The position numbers and the translations under genes are program-made. A stretch of 64,000 bases of DNA from a virus. Positions 11,094 through 21,690 of this stretch are shown here, piece by piece. The DNA is taken from positions 1-64,000 of IMG/VR virus record IMGVR_UViG_3300031746_000002; one strand, 5' to 3'. Position 1 is the stretch's first letter. Every line of letters begins with the position of its first letter. Under the pieces are notes generated by a model. The model was not told the DNA's origin, ran no database searches, and saw only the letters and a list, made by a program, of their open reading frames with translations.

Positions 11094-11609
11094 ATGGCAC
11101 TTCCAAAAACTAAAGCTAGATTACAAAGTAGTATAACAATTCACGCACTTTCTGGAGATAATATAGATTATGATCATCCAGAAAATTGGGGTAAGATGAC
11201 AAAAATTGGTGCAATAAAAAGTGTAAAAGTAAACCAGACAAGAACTATTAGTGTTTGGAGAGAATTAGATAATGAGGTTGATAATCCAGGCAGGATAGTT
11301 GAAGCATATCCATCTCTTCCAACATATGAATTAACTCTTGAAAAAACTGTTCTTTACAAAGAAAATTTATTGCAAGCATTTGGTTATGGTGAAGGAATGG
11401 ATTTGCTCGAACAAACTGCACCATTATTAATAGCAGTTACATTAAGAAATCCTGATGAGGCAAATATTCCAGTTAAGGTAGTATATTATACACATGTTTG
11501 GTTTGAATCGAACCCAATGGATTTTGATGTAGAAGCAACTGATTTAAGAATTACACAAACAGTAAAAGCAACAGTAGGAAGAGTAATAGTTCATAAATTG
11601 ACTGCGTAA
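11094..11609 (+). CDS. Tail tube protein
   Basis: Follows the sheath, 171 aa, strong SD; IGAIKS...RTI...REL pattern of myovirus tubes. Confidence 0.75.
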   Translation: MALPKTKARLQSSITIHALSGDNIDYDHPENWGKMTKIGAIKSVKVNQTRTISVWRELDNEVDNPGRIVEAYPSLPTYELTLEKTVLYKENLLQAFGYGEGMDLLEQTAPLLIAVTLRNPDEANIPVKVVYYTHVWFESNPMDFDVEATDLRITQTVKATVGRVIVHKLTA

Positions 11610-11623
11610 GGAGCAACTTCATT

Positions 11624-12163
11624 ATGGCCCTACCTTCAACTTCTGGACGACTATCTACATCTATAAAAATACGTACAATACAATATGATTCTGCAGGAAA
11701 AGAAATGCCCGGGGAAATCTTGGGTGCTGTGCGTAAATTAACAAAAAATGAAAATCGTGAAATATTTAAACTAAGAAGTTTGGGCACATATGCTTTTAGA
11801 CCTGCGGTAATAGTACCAGGGCCAATCACAACTACGGTTACTCTCAATAGAGTTGTATTATACAGAGGTGATGCATTAGAAGCAATATTTAGTGAAAACA
11901 TTGAAAGCTTATATTATCAAATGAAACCCTTTGTGATTGAAATTAGAAAAGGTTCACCAATGGGTAGAATCGATGTTATAAAACTTTATGATTGTTGGTT
12001 CACAAAAAATCCAATGGAATTTAATCTTGAATCTGCAGATTTATTAGTTGTTCAATCAATGGATGTTGACGTAGGTAGAATAGAACCTGAAGCAGGATTA
12101 CAAACAATAGCACAAAGTTTAATAGAAGGTACTGTATTACCAGCATTAGGTATAAAACTTTAA
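11624..12163 (+). CDS. Second tail tube paralogue / tube initiator
   Basis: Alignable with the preceding ORF (MALP..., VLY, WF..NPM(D/E)F, VGR). Confidence 0.7.
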   Translation: MALPSTSGRLSTSIKIRTIQYDSAGKEMPGEILGAVRKLTKNENREIFKLRSLGTYAFRPAVIVPGPITTTVTLNRVVLYRGDALEAIFSENIESLYYQMKPFVIEIRKGSPMGRIDVIKLYDCWFTKNPMEFNLESADLLVVQSMDVDVGRIEPEAGLQTIAQSLIEGTVLPALGIKL

Positions 12164-12177
12164 GGAGGAAACGAACA

Positions 12178-12609
12178 ATGAGTGAAGACAAAGTACCATC
12201 AGTTAATGTAGAAACATTAAAATCAAAAGTAGCAGAAACTGAGCAAGAAAGTATTAGTGCATTAGAACGATTAATTAAAATAGGTAATGTTGAAATTGAA
12301 GATGATATTTGTGGCATTCATATCAAAATGCATACATTAAAAGAATCTGAAAAGATTCAAGCACTAAGTTTAATTAAAACAACCGAAGGAACTGCTGTTA
12401 GTAATATAGAATTATCAAAAATTGCTTTACTCACATATTCTATTACAGCAATGGATTCACAAGAATTTATTACACCAGAGCAAAAGTTAAATTTATTTAC
12501 AAAGTTGCATGTACAATCTCAAGCAAGTATTATAGACATGCTTTATGATAAATATAATGATTTAGTTATTAAACAATTTGATATTATTAGTGATTTTAAA
12601 AAAAAATAG
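12178..12609 (+). CDS. Tail assembly chaperone
   Basis: Lies between tube and tape measure; ends in slippery TTT AAA AAA AAA TAG. Confidence 0.75.
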   Translation: MSEDKVPSVNVETLKSKVAETEQESISALERLIKIGNVEIEDDICGIHIKMHTLKESEKIQALSLIKTTEGTAVSNIELSKIALLTYSITAMDSQEFITPEQKLNLFTKLHVQSQASIIDMLYDKYNDLVIKQFDIISDFKKK

Positions 12610-12893
12610 TAAATGATGAAAATTATAAACAAATAAACGATTTGTATTGGACAATTTGTAAAACCTTCCAAATATTGCCTACTAGTAAGGAGTTTAAAAA
12701 TCTTTCTCTTGCTCAAATGATCTGGATCAAAGCTAATATTAATATGGACAATGAAAAAATGTTTGGGCCTATTGTTGAAAAAGATGGTAAAACTGTTACA
12801 CAGATAGATGAAAATACTAAAATTGAAAAAACAACAGAAACATATGAAGCAGATGATGAAGCATTTGAAAATCAAATAAAGAATAAGGAATAA
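12600..12893 (+). CDS. -1 frameshift extension of the tail chaperone (G-T-like product)
   Basis: The -1 frame is open from A AAA AAA (12600-12606) through KIVNDENYKQINDLYWTICK to the stop at 12893. Confidence 0.75.
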   Translation, partial: KKIVNDENYKQINDLYWTICKTFQILPTSKEFKNLSLAQMIWIKANINMDNEKMFGPIVEKDGKTVTQIDENTKIEKTTETYEADDEAFENQIKNKE

Positions 12894-12895
12894 TA

Positions 12896-14800
12896 ATGCC
12901 TGATGATATTGGTTTAAAACAATTAGCAGATTGGCAAGAGGGTTTTAAAAAGCTTGGCGGTACTATACTGTCAAATCAAAGTATCGTCAAAGATTTAGCA
13001 TCTGATCTGCTTTCAGTTGCTGAAAAAGCTAAAAATGGTACTGCTACATTTGCTGAGATGTCATCAGGATTAAAATTAATGCAGTTAGCAAGTAAAAGCG
13101 GAAATAAAGATATAGAACAACTTATAAAATCTAGAACAATTGAAAATGGTTTATTAACTAGAACAGTTAATCTTAAATTATTATCAAATACAGCATTACA
13201 ACGAGCAATTCCATTATTAGAACAAGAAATGGAAGGATCAAATTTTATAACAAAAGAAAAGATAAAAAATTTAGAATTAGAAACTAAAAAATATAATACT
13301 ATAGCAGCTGCAATGAAAGCAGCAAACAATACTGGAGAGTTATATATACATACAACTTTAAGAGCAAAAGAAGCTGCAGAGGCTGAAACTACAGCTAAAA
13401 ATAAGCAAGCATTGCAATCAGGTCATGTTGGTACATATATGGCTCTTCAGTGGAAAGAAAAACTTGCATCAATTGGTGAAAGTACTAAAGGTGCTGCTGA
13501 TGCTATGATTCCAGGGCTTGGGGGAATAATAGGTAAATTTGCAGGAGCAGCTACAGGCATTGGAGTTATTAGTGCTGCACTTGGTATATTTAATGAATTA
13601 ATTAAAGGTGTAGGAAAAACATTTGAAGCAATACCATTTTTGAGATATGTAGGTTTAGGTTCAGATCCGAATACTGCAGTTCGTATGAGAACAGAATTTT
13701 CAAATCAAGCAATGTATTCATTTTTCAGTCAAAAGGAAGCAATAGAATTAATGGAAATGGCATATCAAGATTATGCAGTCAGTACTATACCTCTTACAAC
13801 TAAATTAACAATGGGTGCAGATGAATATACTTCAGCATTACAAAATGTTAATAAAGAATCTGCTAAAAATATAATTAATATGGTGAATATTGGAAAGACT
13901 GCAGGATTAAGTACTGCTCAATCAGTTAAAGTTGCATCAGTTATGATGAACAGTCTTGGAGTTAGTGGAAAAGATACAGGAGCAGTTTTTCAAGAATTAT
14001 TAGGCAGAAGCAGATTATTAGGAATGAATGTAGAAGACTTAACTGGTTTTTATGCAGAGCAAACTGATACATTAAGATATGCTAATATTGGTTATAATGA
14101 AATAGATAACGATATGATAAAATTAATTGGTTCAATTGCTACATTAGAAAAAACAGACAAAGCTGGGGGTTTTTGGGCAAGACTGAGTGAACAACCACAA
14201 CTGGCAATAAAAACAGTTAAGGATTTTCTTAGTGTTGCAGAAAAAGTTCCAGCAATGACATATATGGCATTTGCTCCAATGCAAAATAGATTAGCACCTG
14301 GTAAAATGTTATTAGAAGCAATGGAAGCTACACCATTCAAAAAAGCTATGATGGTTTACGGTGGCTTTATGGATACGCAAACAAAACAAGGAAGAGATAT
14401 TAAAGAAGCAATGGGTGATACTATTGGTGCATTTAGCGATTTACAATCATTAGGCCCAGAAGCTGTTAGGCTTTTAGAAATTATAGATATAGCGAGGAAA
14501 AGATTTAGTCCAGAAGAGATGGAAGGAATGAAAGATGCAGATATAATTAATGCAGCAGCTAAATTAGGTGGTCCTGCTTTAGCTGCTTCAGATTTTGGAA
14601 AAACTTTAAGAGTAATGGAAAAAGGACCCATGGCTGGAATTGAAATGATATTAGAAAGAATTATGAATATATTATTATCTTACTTAGCAACAATAGCGGG
14701 TGGCTCTATGAGTTTAAGAAAAATTGAAATGTTGCAAGGAGTAAGAGGAAATATGCAAATTTCAACAATGCAATCAATATCTACTCCACGCTATGAATAA
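12896..14800 (+). CDS. Tape measure protein
   Basis: Ala/Gly/Met-rich helical protein directly after the chaperone pair. Confidence 0.75.
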   Translation: MPDDIGLKQLADWQEGFKKLGGTILSNQSIVKDLASDLLSVAEKAKNGTATFAEMSSGLKLMQLASKSGNKDIEQLIKSRTIENGLLTRTVNLKLLSNTALQRAIPLLEQEMEGSNFITKEKIKNLELETKKYNTIAAAMKAANNTGELYIHTTLRAKEAAEAETTAKNKQALQSGHVGTYMALQWKEKLASIGESTKGAADAMIPGLGGIIGKFAGAATGIGVISAALGIFNELIKGVGKTFEAIPFLRYVGLGSDPNTAVRMRTEFSNQAMYSFFSQKEAIELMEMAYQDYAVSTIPLTTKLTMGADEYTSALQNVNKESAKNIINMVNIGKTAGLSTAQSVKVASVMMNSLGVSGKDTGAVFQELLGRSRLLGMNVEDLTGFYAEQTDTLRYANIGYNEIDNDMIKLIGSIATLEKTDKAGGFWARLSEQPQLAIKTVKDFLSVAEKVPAMTYMAFAPMQNRLAPGKMLLEAMEATPFKKAMMVYGGFMDTQTKQGRDIKEAMGDTIGAFSDLQSLGPEAVRLLEIIDIARKRFSPEEMEGMKDADIINAAAKLGGPALAASDFGKTLRVMEKGPMAGIEMILERIMNILLSYLATIAGGSMSLRKIEMLQGVRGNMQISTMQSISTPRYE

Positions 14801-14812
14801 TGGAGAAATTAA

Positions 14813-15439
14813 ATGAATAATATTTTAACTAAGCGCGATGTTGCTATTGTTTTTCCAGCAGCTTTTAGTGGTGGTAATAGATTGGAATTACCTATAGTTG
14901 ACAGTATTAAAATAAAACATGCAGTTGCAATTGGTAAGATTTTTGGCTTAACAAGAAATGTCATGCAACCGTGGCATGCAGAATTAGTTGAAATCACAAT
15001 TACAGGCTCTTCATACATTGGTGCGTTTCAAAATATTATTAATAAAAAAACTAATAAAGAAGAAAATTTATATGCACATCAAAATTATGGAGAAGAAGGT
15101 CCAGTATTTAATACATGGAATGATATAACGAACTATTTTTTACAATATCAAAATGATTTAGCTGATATTAACTATCTATACACAAATTATCCCTTAACAC
15201 TTTATATTGCTAATGAACCGGGACAACCCTATAGTGGATTTATAGAAAATATTGATGGTGGTGAAAATATTAGCAAGCCATTTATTATAGATTATACAAT
15301 TAATTTTATTGGAATATCTTCTTCAAGCTATAATAAAACTTCAGCACAAAAAACAGCAGAGCAAGATTCAGCAAAACAATTACAAATAAGGCAGACACAA
15401 CTTTCATCTGTTCAAGTATTAGTAGTACCTCAATCTTAA
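14813..15439 (+). CDS. Putative baseplate/distal tail protein
   Basis: Position after the tape measure; YSGFIE...PFIIDYTINF pattern. Confidence 0.5.
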   Translation: MNNILTKRDVAIVFPAAFSGGNRLELPIVDSIKIKHAVAIGKIFGLTRNVMQPWHAELVEITITGSSYIGAFQNIINKKTNKEENLYAHQNYGEEGPVFNTWNDITNYFLQYQNDLADINYLYTNYPLTLYIANEPGQPYSGFIENIDGGENISKPFIIDYTINFIGISSSSYNKTSAQKTAEQDSAKQLQIRQTQLSSVQVLVVPQS

Positions 15440-15448
15440 GGATAAATT

Positions 15449-18436
15449 ATGAGTATTGACTTTCAAGGATCATCACAAACAACTAAAATTAAAATATTAT
15501 TATGGAGACAGGATTATTCTCTTACAGAAGCTATTTCTGCAGGAAAAAGTAGTTCTAGTGGTTCTAGCATTAATGATATTTTAATACGTGACATTGAAGA
15601 TTTTAATGAACTATTTCCAGATCTATCATGGTCTAAATTAATAGATCCTGGTGCATATAAAACCTATAATGAAAATTGGAAAGCACAAACACAAAAATAT
15701 CTTGATCAACTATGGAATGTATTAATTAATCATATTAGAACTGTAATTGGTCCTTTTGATATTTCATCTGCTATTATAGCACTAGATCCAATTACTTCAT
15801 CTATGGGATTTGAAAATTCATTTTCATTTTCTGTGGATAATTCATTAGCTAATATAGACGCGATAGTCGAAAATGATATTATAGCAGTACTTATTAAAAG
15901 AGATAATGATACAAAGTTTAAAGTTGAATACATTGGTTTTGTGACTGCTATAACAAATACTGAAATACCTAAGCAAGTCAATAGTTATGATATAACAACA
16001 TTTGGATTACACAAATATTTAGGTCTTTCAAGAATGATTCAACTTGCTGGTGTCTGGGACCAAACAGAAGGAACCAATGAAGTTACAAGTGCAAATCTAC
16101 AAATGTTCAGCACACGATGGGAAAATAAAACTGTTAAAGAAATTGTAGCTATGATTCTTGAAGAAATTTATAATATTTCAAGCCCTACTACGGTTCCAAC
16201 TAATATAACAGATGCTAGAGCAGATATTTATAAATATGAGTATTCATGGGAAAATAGTACATTAGGCGGATCTTTATTAATTCAAGATTTGAAAAAACAA
16301 GGTGATGAAAATTTCAAAAAAATAGATGCATTAAGGATGCAACTTTCGGGATTAATAGGTGCACCAGAATCTGTTATAGCTCCCTATCAAGATGAATTAA
16401 ATTCTTTGCAACTTGAAAATGATAGGCTAGCAAAACAAATAGAAGATCAAAGTAATGAAGAAAACAGAAAAAAATATTTAAGACTGGGATTTTTATTTTT
16501 ATATGCTTATTATTTAGTAAGAGAAGATTTAAACAGTAGTATTATTATTCCAGCAGTGCTTAAAATACCTTATGAACCATTACCAAAAACAATTGCTATA
16601 ATTGAGAGAGCAGATATTAATCCATATAATAGTATGATAGCATCTAATTTACAAAAATTTTATTCACAGCTTGTAAAACCAATAGACATTTTAAACAATA
16701 TTAAAGCAGTAACATTTTATGATATTTTTGAAAGCCGTGATGGATATTTAATTTGTAGACCACCAATGTATAATAAATTCGGTAATGATATAACCGACGA
16801 AAGAGGCATTATCGATTTAACTGTTAATATTGCAGATAAAAATAAATATATTATTGAAAAGAAATCTATTCAAAGATTTTCAAAATCAAGAAATGATGTA
16901 GATATAGAAACTAGACGTGATTATAAATGGACACAACGCTATTATGGATCAATGGACACTATTGGCGGATCATACAGTGATTTTCTTTTAACTGCAAAAT
17001 ATGGCGGCAGACTTGATGGCCCAAAAGATAATGTACTATGTCAAACAATTGAATTAGCTGCATTATTTTCAGCTATTGATTTAGTAAGAGCAAATACTTC
17101 TACAAGACAAATTAATATAACAGTTGACAATGATAGAAAATATGAATTAGCAAGATTATATTATTTACCTGAATATAAAAGAGTTGGATATTTAGTTAAT
17201 ATAGTTGAAAATTTTAATTTACAACAAGGTGTTACACAAAATACATTAACATTTACTTATATAAGAAAGGTTGAACCGATTCAAGGCGAAAATAATAAAT
17301 ATCAATTTAAAATAATTCCAAGCATCGATGATTTGGGAGTTTTAACTAGCGAACTAATGCAAATAGCACAACGAAGCTCAAGCATACAAAAAAGATTACA
17401 AACACAAGTAAGTAAAAATAGAGATAAAAAAATAAGTGGTGCAGCTTATACAGAATTAGTAAGTAATGGTTATTATTATTATTTTGCTAAAAAAACCACA
17501 ACTACAATTTATCAAAGAGTTTTAGATACAAGTGGACAATTGATGCCACAACAAGTTGGAACTTTTCTTGAAGCAGGTACAAATATAGAATTTATACAAA
17601 CACCATTTGTAAAAGGCACATTTGTTTCTGGTGGCGAAATACCAGAAACTTTTATGAATCAAGAATTTATAAATAAATTAAACAATGCTGATATGCAGAT
17701 GCTAAGGGAATTTAGTGGTATTAATATAGCCTATACATATTATGATTTGAATACATCAGATGATCCAGCATTCGATGATACTATTATAACAGAAAAAGAT
17801 TTTTATAGAGCACAAGGAACTGATCCAGGTAGTACAGTAATAAAAGATGATTCTCCTAAAATTATTTATATGCAGCCTACAGATCCTTTTAATATAAATA
17901 CGCAAGCAAAAAAAGCTGCAGATCCTAGTCTACCAATACCCGATTTATCAGCAGGTACAGCAAAAGTAACTAATTTATTAATTAAGAATGGTGGCATAAT
18001 TCATCTAGAAATTTTTAATAATAAGGATTTATTAGAAGTAATTACAACGGCATTTAATTTAATACCAATAAGTGCATATATCTATATTCAAGAAACAAAA
18101 GTTCCTTCAATATCTAATATAATGGGATGCGGTGGATTAGTATATGGTTTTAAAACACCGGGTGACAGCACAATGGGTATTACTGATGATGCAACTTCAA
18201 ATCCTACTGCTTATGATCCACATACATTAGGATTAGCAATTGATATAGCACCTTATTATACTGCATGGTTAACTCAAGATGGGAAAAATAAGTTTGATAA
18301 AATATTAAGTGATAATGGATTATATTCAATTAGAAAAACATTAAGTGCTAAACAAGAATATCCATTTAGAAATAAAAATTATGCTAGCATTCCATATATT
18401 CATATTAATTTACAAAATTGGGCAAAGGGAGTATAA
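15449..18436 (+). CDS. Baseplate hub protein with C-terminal peptidase M15-like domain
   Basis: DGYLICRPP hub motif; C-terminal DPHTLGLAIDI...YIHI matches the H-x6-D...H Zn ligands of M15 peptidases. Confidence 0.65.
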   Translation: MSIDFQGSSQTTKIKILLWRQDYSLTEAISAGKSSSSGSSINDILIRDIEDFNELFPDLSWSKLIDPGAYKTYNENWKAQTQKYLDQLWNVLINHIRTVIGPFDISSAIIALDPITSSMGFENSFSFSVDNSLANIDAIVENDIIAVLIKRDNDTKFKVEYIGFVTAITNTEIPKQVNSYDITTFGLHKYLGLSRMIQLAGVWDQTEGTNEVTSANLQMFSTRWENKTVKEIVAMILEEIYNISSPTTVPTNITDARADIYKYEYSWENSTLGGSLLIQDLKKQGDENFKKIDALRMQLSGLIGAPESVIAPYQDELNSLQLENDRLAKQIEDQSNEENRKKYLRLGFLFLYAYYLVREDLNSSIIIPAVLKIPYEPLPKTIAIIERADINPYNSMIASNLQKFYSQLVKPIDILNNIKAVTFYDIFESRDGYLICRPPMYNKFGNDITDERGIIDLTVNIADKNKYIIEKKSIQRFSKSRNDVDIETRRDYKWTQRYYGSMDTIGGSYSDFLLTAKYGGRLDGPKDNVLCQTIELAALFSAIDLVRANTSTRQINITVDNDRKYELARLYYLPEYKRVGYLVNIVENFNLQQGVTQNTLTFTYIRKVEPIQGENNKYQFKIIPSIDDLGVLTSELMQIAQRSSSIQKRLQTQVSKNRDKKISGAAYTELVSNGYYYYFAKKTTTTIYQRVLDTSGQLMPQQVGTFLEAGTNIEFIQTPFVKGTFVSGGEIPETFMNQEFINKLNNADMQMLREFSGINIAYTYYDLNTSDDPAFDDTIITEKDFYRAQGTDPGSTVIKDDSPKIIYMQPTDPFNINTQAKKAADPSLPIPDLSAGTAKVTNLLIKNGGIIHLEIFNNKDLLEVITTAFNLIPISAYIYIQETKVPSISNIMGCGGLVYGFKTPGDSTMGITDDATSNPTAYDPHTLGLAIDIAPYYTAWLTQDGKNKFDKILSDNGLYSIRKTLSAKQEYPFRNKNYASIPYIHINLQNWAKGV

Positions 18437-19198
18437 ATGGTAGACATTCAATTGGGCAAAATAGTCAGGACTAATATAGAAAATCAAACTGTTACCATAC
18501 AATCAACATTTGATTTTAGCCAATTTTTTGACATACCTTTAGGAAATACTTGTAATTTTCAAACTTTTCCTAAAATTGGTTCGCCTGTTTTATTTTATAA
18601 TGATACAAACGGATCTACAACACGAATTATAAAAGTTTGGGATATGGATATACAAAATAATAGAAAGTTAGTTCCAGGCGAGGTTCAAATACAATCTTCC
18701 AAAAGAGCATTAGTTTATTTAGATGATTATGGTAATGTTCAAATAACAGATGGTAGTATGCAAGATTCTATTAATATTAATAACGATGATAGTTTAATAG
18801 AAACAATTTCTAAAAAGATTTCATTAACTACAATAAGAAAAGTTAAAATAGAAATTGATGAACTTGGAGCAATTAATATTGTAAAATACGATCCAGCAGG
18901 AATAACAGAATTAGCTAAAATATCAATTGGTGCTGATACATCAATTAGTATAGAATCAAAATCAACTATCAACGTTAAAGGACTTAATGTCAATGTTGAA
19001 GCAACATCTATTAATTTGGGAGGTAGTATAGGAGCAAGAAAATTAATTGATGATAGAATATGTACTGTTTTTAATAGCCATGTGCATATGTCTGGAACAG
19101 GACCAACAACACCACCAATAATTCCATACCAGATTACATCATTACCAATTTCACCTTTACAAATATCAGTAGCAACACAAATAGTAAAAGGAAAATAA
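18437..19198 (+). CDS. Baseplate central spike (gpV/gp45-like)
   Basis: OB-like N-terminus (FPKIGSPV), beta-repeats, FNSHVH metal-binding tip motif. Confidence 0.75.
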   Translation: MVDIQLGKIVRTNIENQTVTIQSTFDFSQFFDIPLGNTCNFQTFPKIGSPVLFYNDTNGSTTRIIKVWDMDIQNNRKLVPGEVQIQSSKRALVYLDDYGNVQITDGSMQDSININNDDSLIETISKKISLTTIRKVKIEIDELGAINIVKYDPAGITELAKISIGADTSISIESKSTINVKGLNVNVEATSINLGGSIGARKLIDDRICTVFNSHVHMSGTGPTTPPIIPYQITSLPISPLQISVATQIVKGK

Positions 19199-19199
19199 T

Positions 19200-19742
19200 A
19201 TGCCAACGTCAGCTAATAGCATAGCAGGAAACTCTAATGGTTCTACAACACCATCACAAATAGAAATACAAACAAAATCTCTATTTGATGTACCTTGTAT
19301 TGGTGATGCTTTAAGTCTTTTAAGTATAGGACTTTTACAGATACTTCAAGCAACATTTAATTTGTTAAAACCATCACTTGAAATTTATGTTCAACAACTT
19401 AACTTACAAAGCGCAAACTTATCAATTATTAAAATAGGATTTAGTGCTGAATTACAACTTTTAGATTATACAATACAATCAGCAGAAAAAGTAATAAGTA
19501 GTTTACCTACAGGAGTATTTAAAAAATGTCCAGCATTGAATGGTATATATGAAAAAACATTAGGATTTGTAAGACATACAAATATCTCTGCAAGAGCAAA
19601 TGATTTGAAGTATAAATTACAGCAAATTAATAGTATACAAACAGAAGTTGAATTGCTTAAATCAGAAACTCTATTATTAGTAAGACAAGTTGATGTTTTG
19701 CTTGATAAAATTAATCAACGCTTAGAAGGATTATCAGTATGA
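19200..19742 (+). CDS. Hypothetical helical protein in the baseplate cluster
   Basis: ORF translationally coupled to its neighbours. Confidence 0.5.
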   Translation: MPTSANSIAGNSNGSTTPSQIEIQTKSLFDVPCIGDALSLLSIGLLQILQATFNLLKPSLEIYVQQLNLQSANLSIIKIGFSAELQLLDYTIQSAEKVISSLPTGVFKKCPALNGIYEKTLGFVRHTNISARANDLKYKLQQINSIQTEVELLKSETLLLVRQVDVLLDKINQRLEGLSV

Positions 19743-20173
19743 AAGATGTTAAACTTTTAGGAACTGCTACTAATAAATATTATGGTGACAGAAATGATAT
19801 TAGTATAAATACAGATAAAGATTTTGATATTTTGCAATTTAAAGACAAAGTGAGGCAATGCGCTGTTAAAATATTGTTAACACATTTAGGCTCACATAGT
19901 ATATTTATAGGATATGGTTCTGATTTAATTAATTTGATTAGATCAAGATTAGATCAATATTTACCACCAGCAATACGCGATGCAATTATTTATTCATTGA
20001 CATATTTAAAATATACAGAAGAAAGTGTATTACCTATAGAGCGATTAGATTCAGTTTTAAATATTATAATACAACAAGCAGAAGATGATCCGAGAGTTAT
20101 AAATGTACTTATAACTTTAAAACTAGTCAACGGTGATATACTTGATGTATCAATCAAAGGAGTGGGAATATGA
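19739..20173 (+). CDS. Baseplate wedge protein (gp25/GpW-like)
   Basis: KILLT.LGS...YGS.L and DPRVINV motifs; precedes baseplate J. Confidence 0.75.
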   Translation: MKDVKLLGTATNKYYGDRNDISINTDKDFDILQFKDKVRQCAVKILLTHLGSHSIFIGYGSDLINLIRSRLDQYLPPAIRDAIIYSLTYLKYTEESVLPIERLDSVLNIIIQQAEDDPRVINVLITLKLVNGDILDVSIKGVGI

Positions 20174-21615
20174 TAAATATTTCAGCCATTTATTCATCAA
20201 TACAAACATTGATAAAAGCTAATAATCTTGATCTTACTACACAAATTGGAAGTGTAGTAAGTGATGTATTTATCACACCATTAGCTCAAAAAGTATTGGA
20301 AGAACTAATACAAGAAGGATATACAAAAGCTGGTTCTTCTTTGGATAGATTAATTGCTTTAAAAACAGATCCGGATTTTTTAGCACAAATAAATGAGATT
20401 AATTTAACCAGCCAACAATTGAATGCAGAAATATATGCTATCCTTAATAAAATAGCATCTAATTATAAACTTGTAAGAATTGCAGCAGTTAATACAACAG
20501 GATTAGTTTATTTTTGTACAGCTTCTATTCCTAGTGTAGATATTATAATTCCAACAAATAGTAGAATAAGTACAGTACTTGGCAAAGATTATGTTACAAC
20601 AGAAACAAAAACAATTGTAATAACTAATATAAATGATTATTATGATCCCGATTTGAATGCTTATGTTATTGCAGTATTAATTCAAGCAGTTACTGCTGGG
20701 AGTATTGGAAATACCGGAATTGAAACTATTACTGTAATGGATGATGTTGTTGCTAATGTAGAATTTATAATAAATAAATCTTCATTAGTAAATGGTGATG
20801 ATGAAGAAACTGATGAAGAATTTGTAGCAAGAATTAAAACTAAATTAGCTGGGAACAATCTTGGTACTCCAAGTGGTTATCAATCAACAGCACTTAATGA
20901 AGATTATGTACAAGATTGTATAGTTGTAAAACCTAATGATCCTGAAATGAAAAGAAATTCATATGGTGGAAGCATTGATATTATGATAGTTGGAGAACAT
21001 TATGATACACAGACAGATGTATTGATTTATCAAGCAGCATTACATAGTGTAAAAATAACTCTTGCAAATAGACCAGCAGAAGATATAGACTCAGTTGTTA
21101 GTAATGCTCCTCATACATTTATTAAAGGTACTGATTATAATTTTACTAAAGATACTAACTTACTTGCAGGTAGTATACAATCTTCAGACTGCTTAACTTG
21201 GCTTGGAGCAACAATGCCAGCTGAAGGAGAAACACTTACAATTATATATCAACGAAATAAACTAGTTCAAGATTTACAAGATATAATTAACCTTGATGAA
21301 AATAAAATTATAGCAGCAGATATACTTGTAAGAGAGGCAACTAAAGTTCTAATTGATATTATATTTGATTTACACATTTATAGTGGATATGATTTCACTA
21401 CTATTTCAGCTACAATAACTACCAACTTAACAACTTATATTAATGCTTTTAAATTAGATGAAGATGTACAAATTTCTGATTTAATCGCTGAAATTTATAA
21501 AGTTGCCGGAGTGGATAATGTAACGAACATGACCATAAATACTGTTGTTGGAGATTTGAATATTGATAGAACACAATATGCGCGTTCTAACTCAATAACT
21601 ATCAACCAGGTATAG
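20170..21615 (+). CDS. Baseplate J-like protein
   Basis: AGSIGN, NGDDEETDEEFVARI and VAGVDNV motifs. Confidence 0.9.
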   Translation: MINISAIYSSIQTLIKANNLDLTTQIGSVVSDVFITPLAQKVLEELIQEGYTKAGSSLDRLIALKTDPDFLAQINEINLTSQQLNAEIYAILNKIASNYKLVRIAAVNTTGLVYFCTASIPSVDIIIPTNSRISTVLGKDYVTTETKTIVITNINDYYDPDLNAYVIAVLIQAVTAGSIGNTGIETITVMDDVVANVEFIINKSSLVNGDDEETDEEFVARIKTKLAGNNLGTPSGYQSTALNEDYVQDCIVVKPNDPEMKRNSYGGSIDIMIVGEHYDTQTDVLIYQAALHSVKITLANRPAEDIDSVVSNAPHTFIKGTDYNFTKDTNLLAGSIQSSDCLTWLGATMPAEGETLTIIYQRNKLVQDLQDIINLDENKIIAADILVREATKVLIDIIFDLHIYSGYDFTTISATITTNLTTYINAFKLDEDVQISDLIAEIYKVAGVDNVTNMTINTVVGDLNIDRTQYARSNSITINQV

Positions 21616-21690
21616 TTTTTTAAGACTGCATATAAATAATCAAGCAGACAAAGCCTGGCGACTAAGAGAAATGATATAAGGAGGACTTTA

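Noticed and set aside
9295-21615. Extracellular contractile injection system or tailocin rather than a phage
   Set aside because: It is contiguous with early genes, a sigma factor and a full replication module, which indicates a phage genome.
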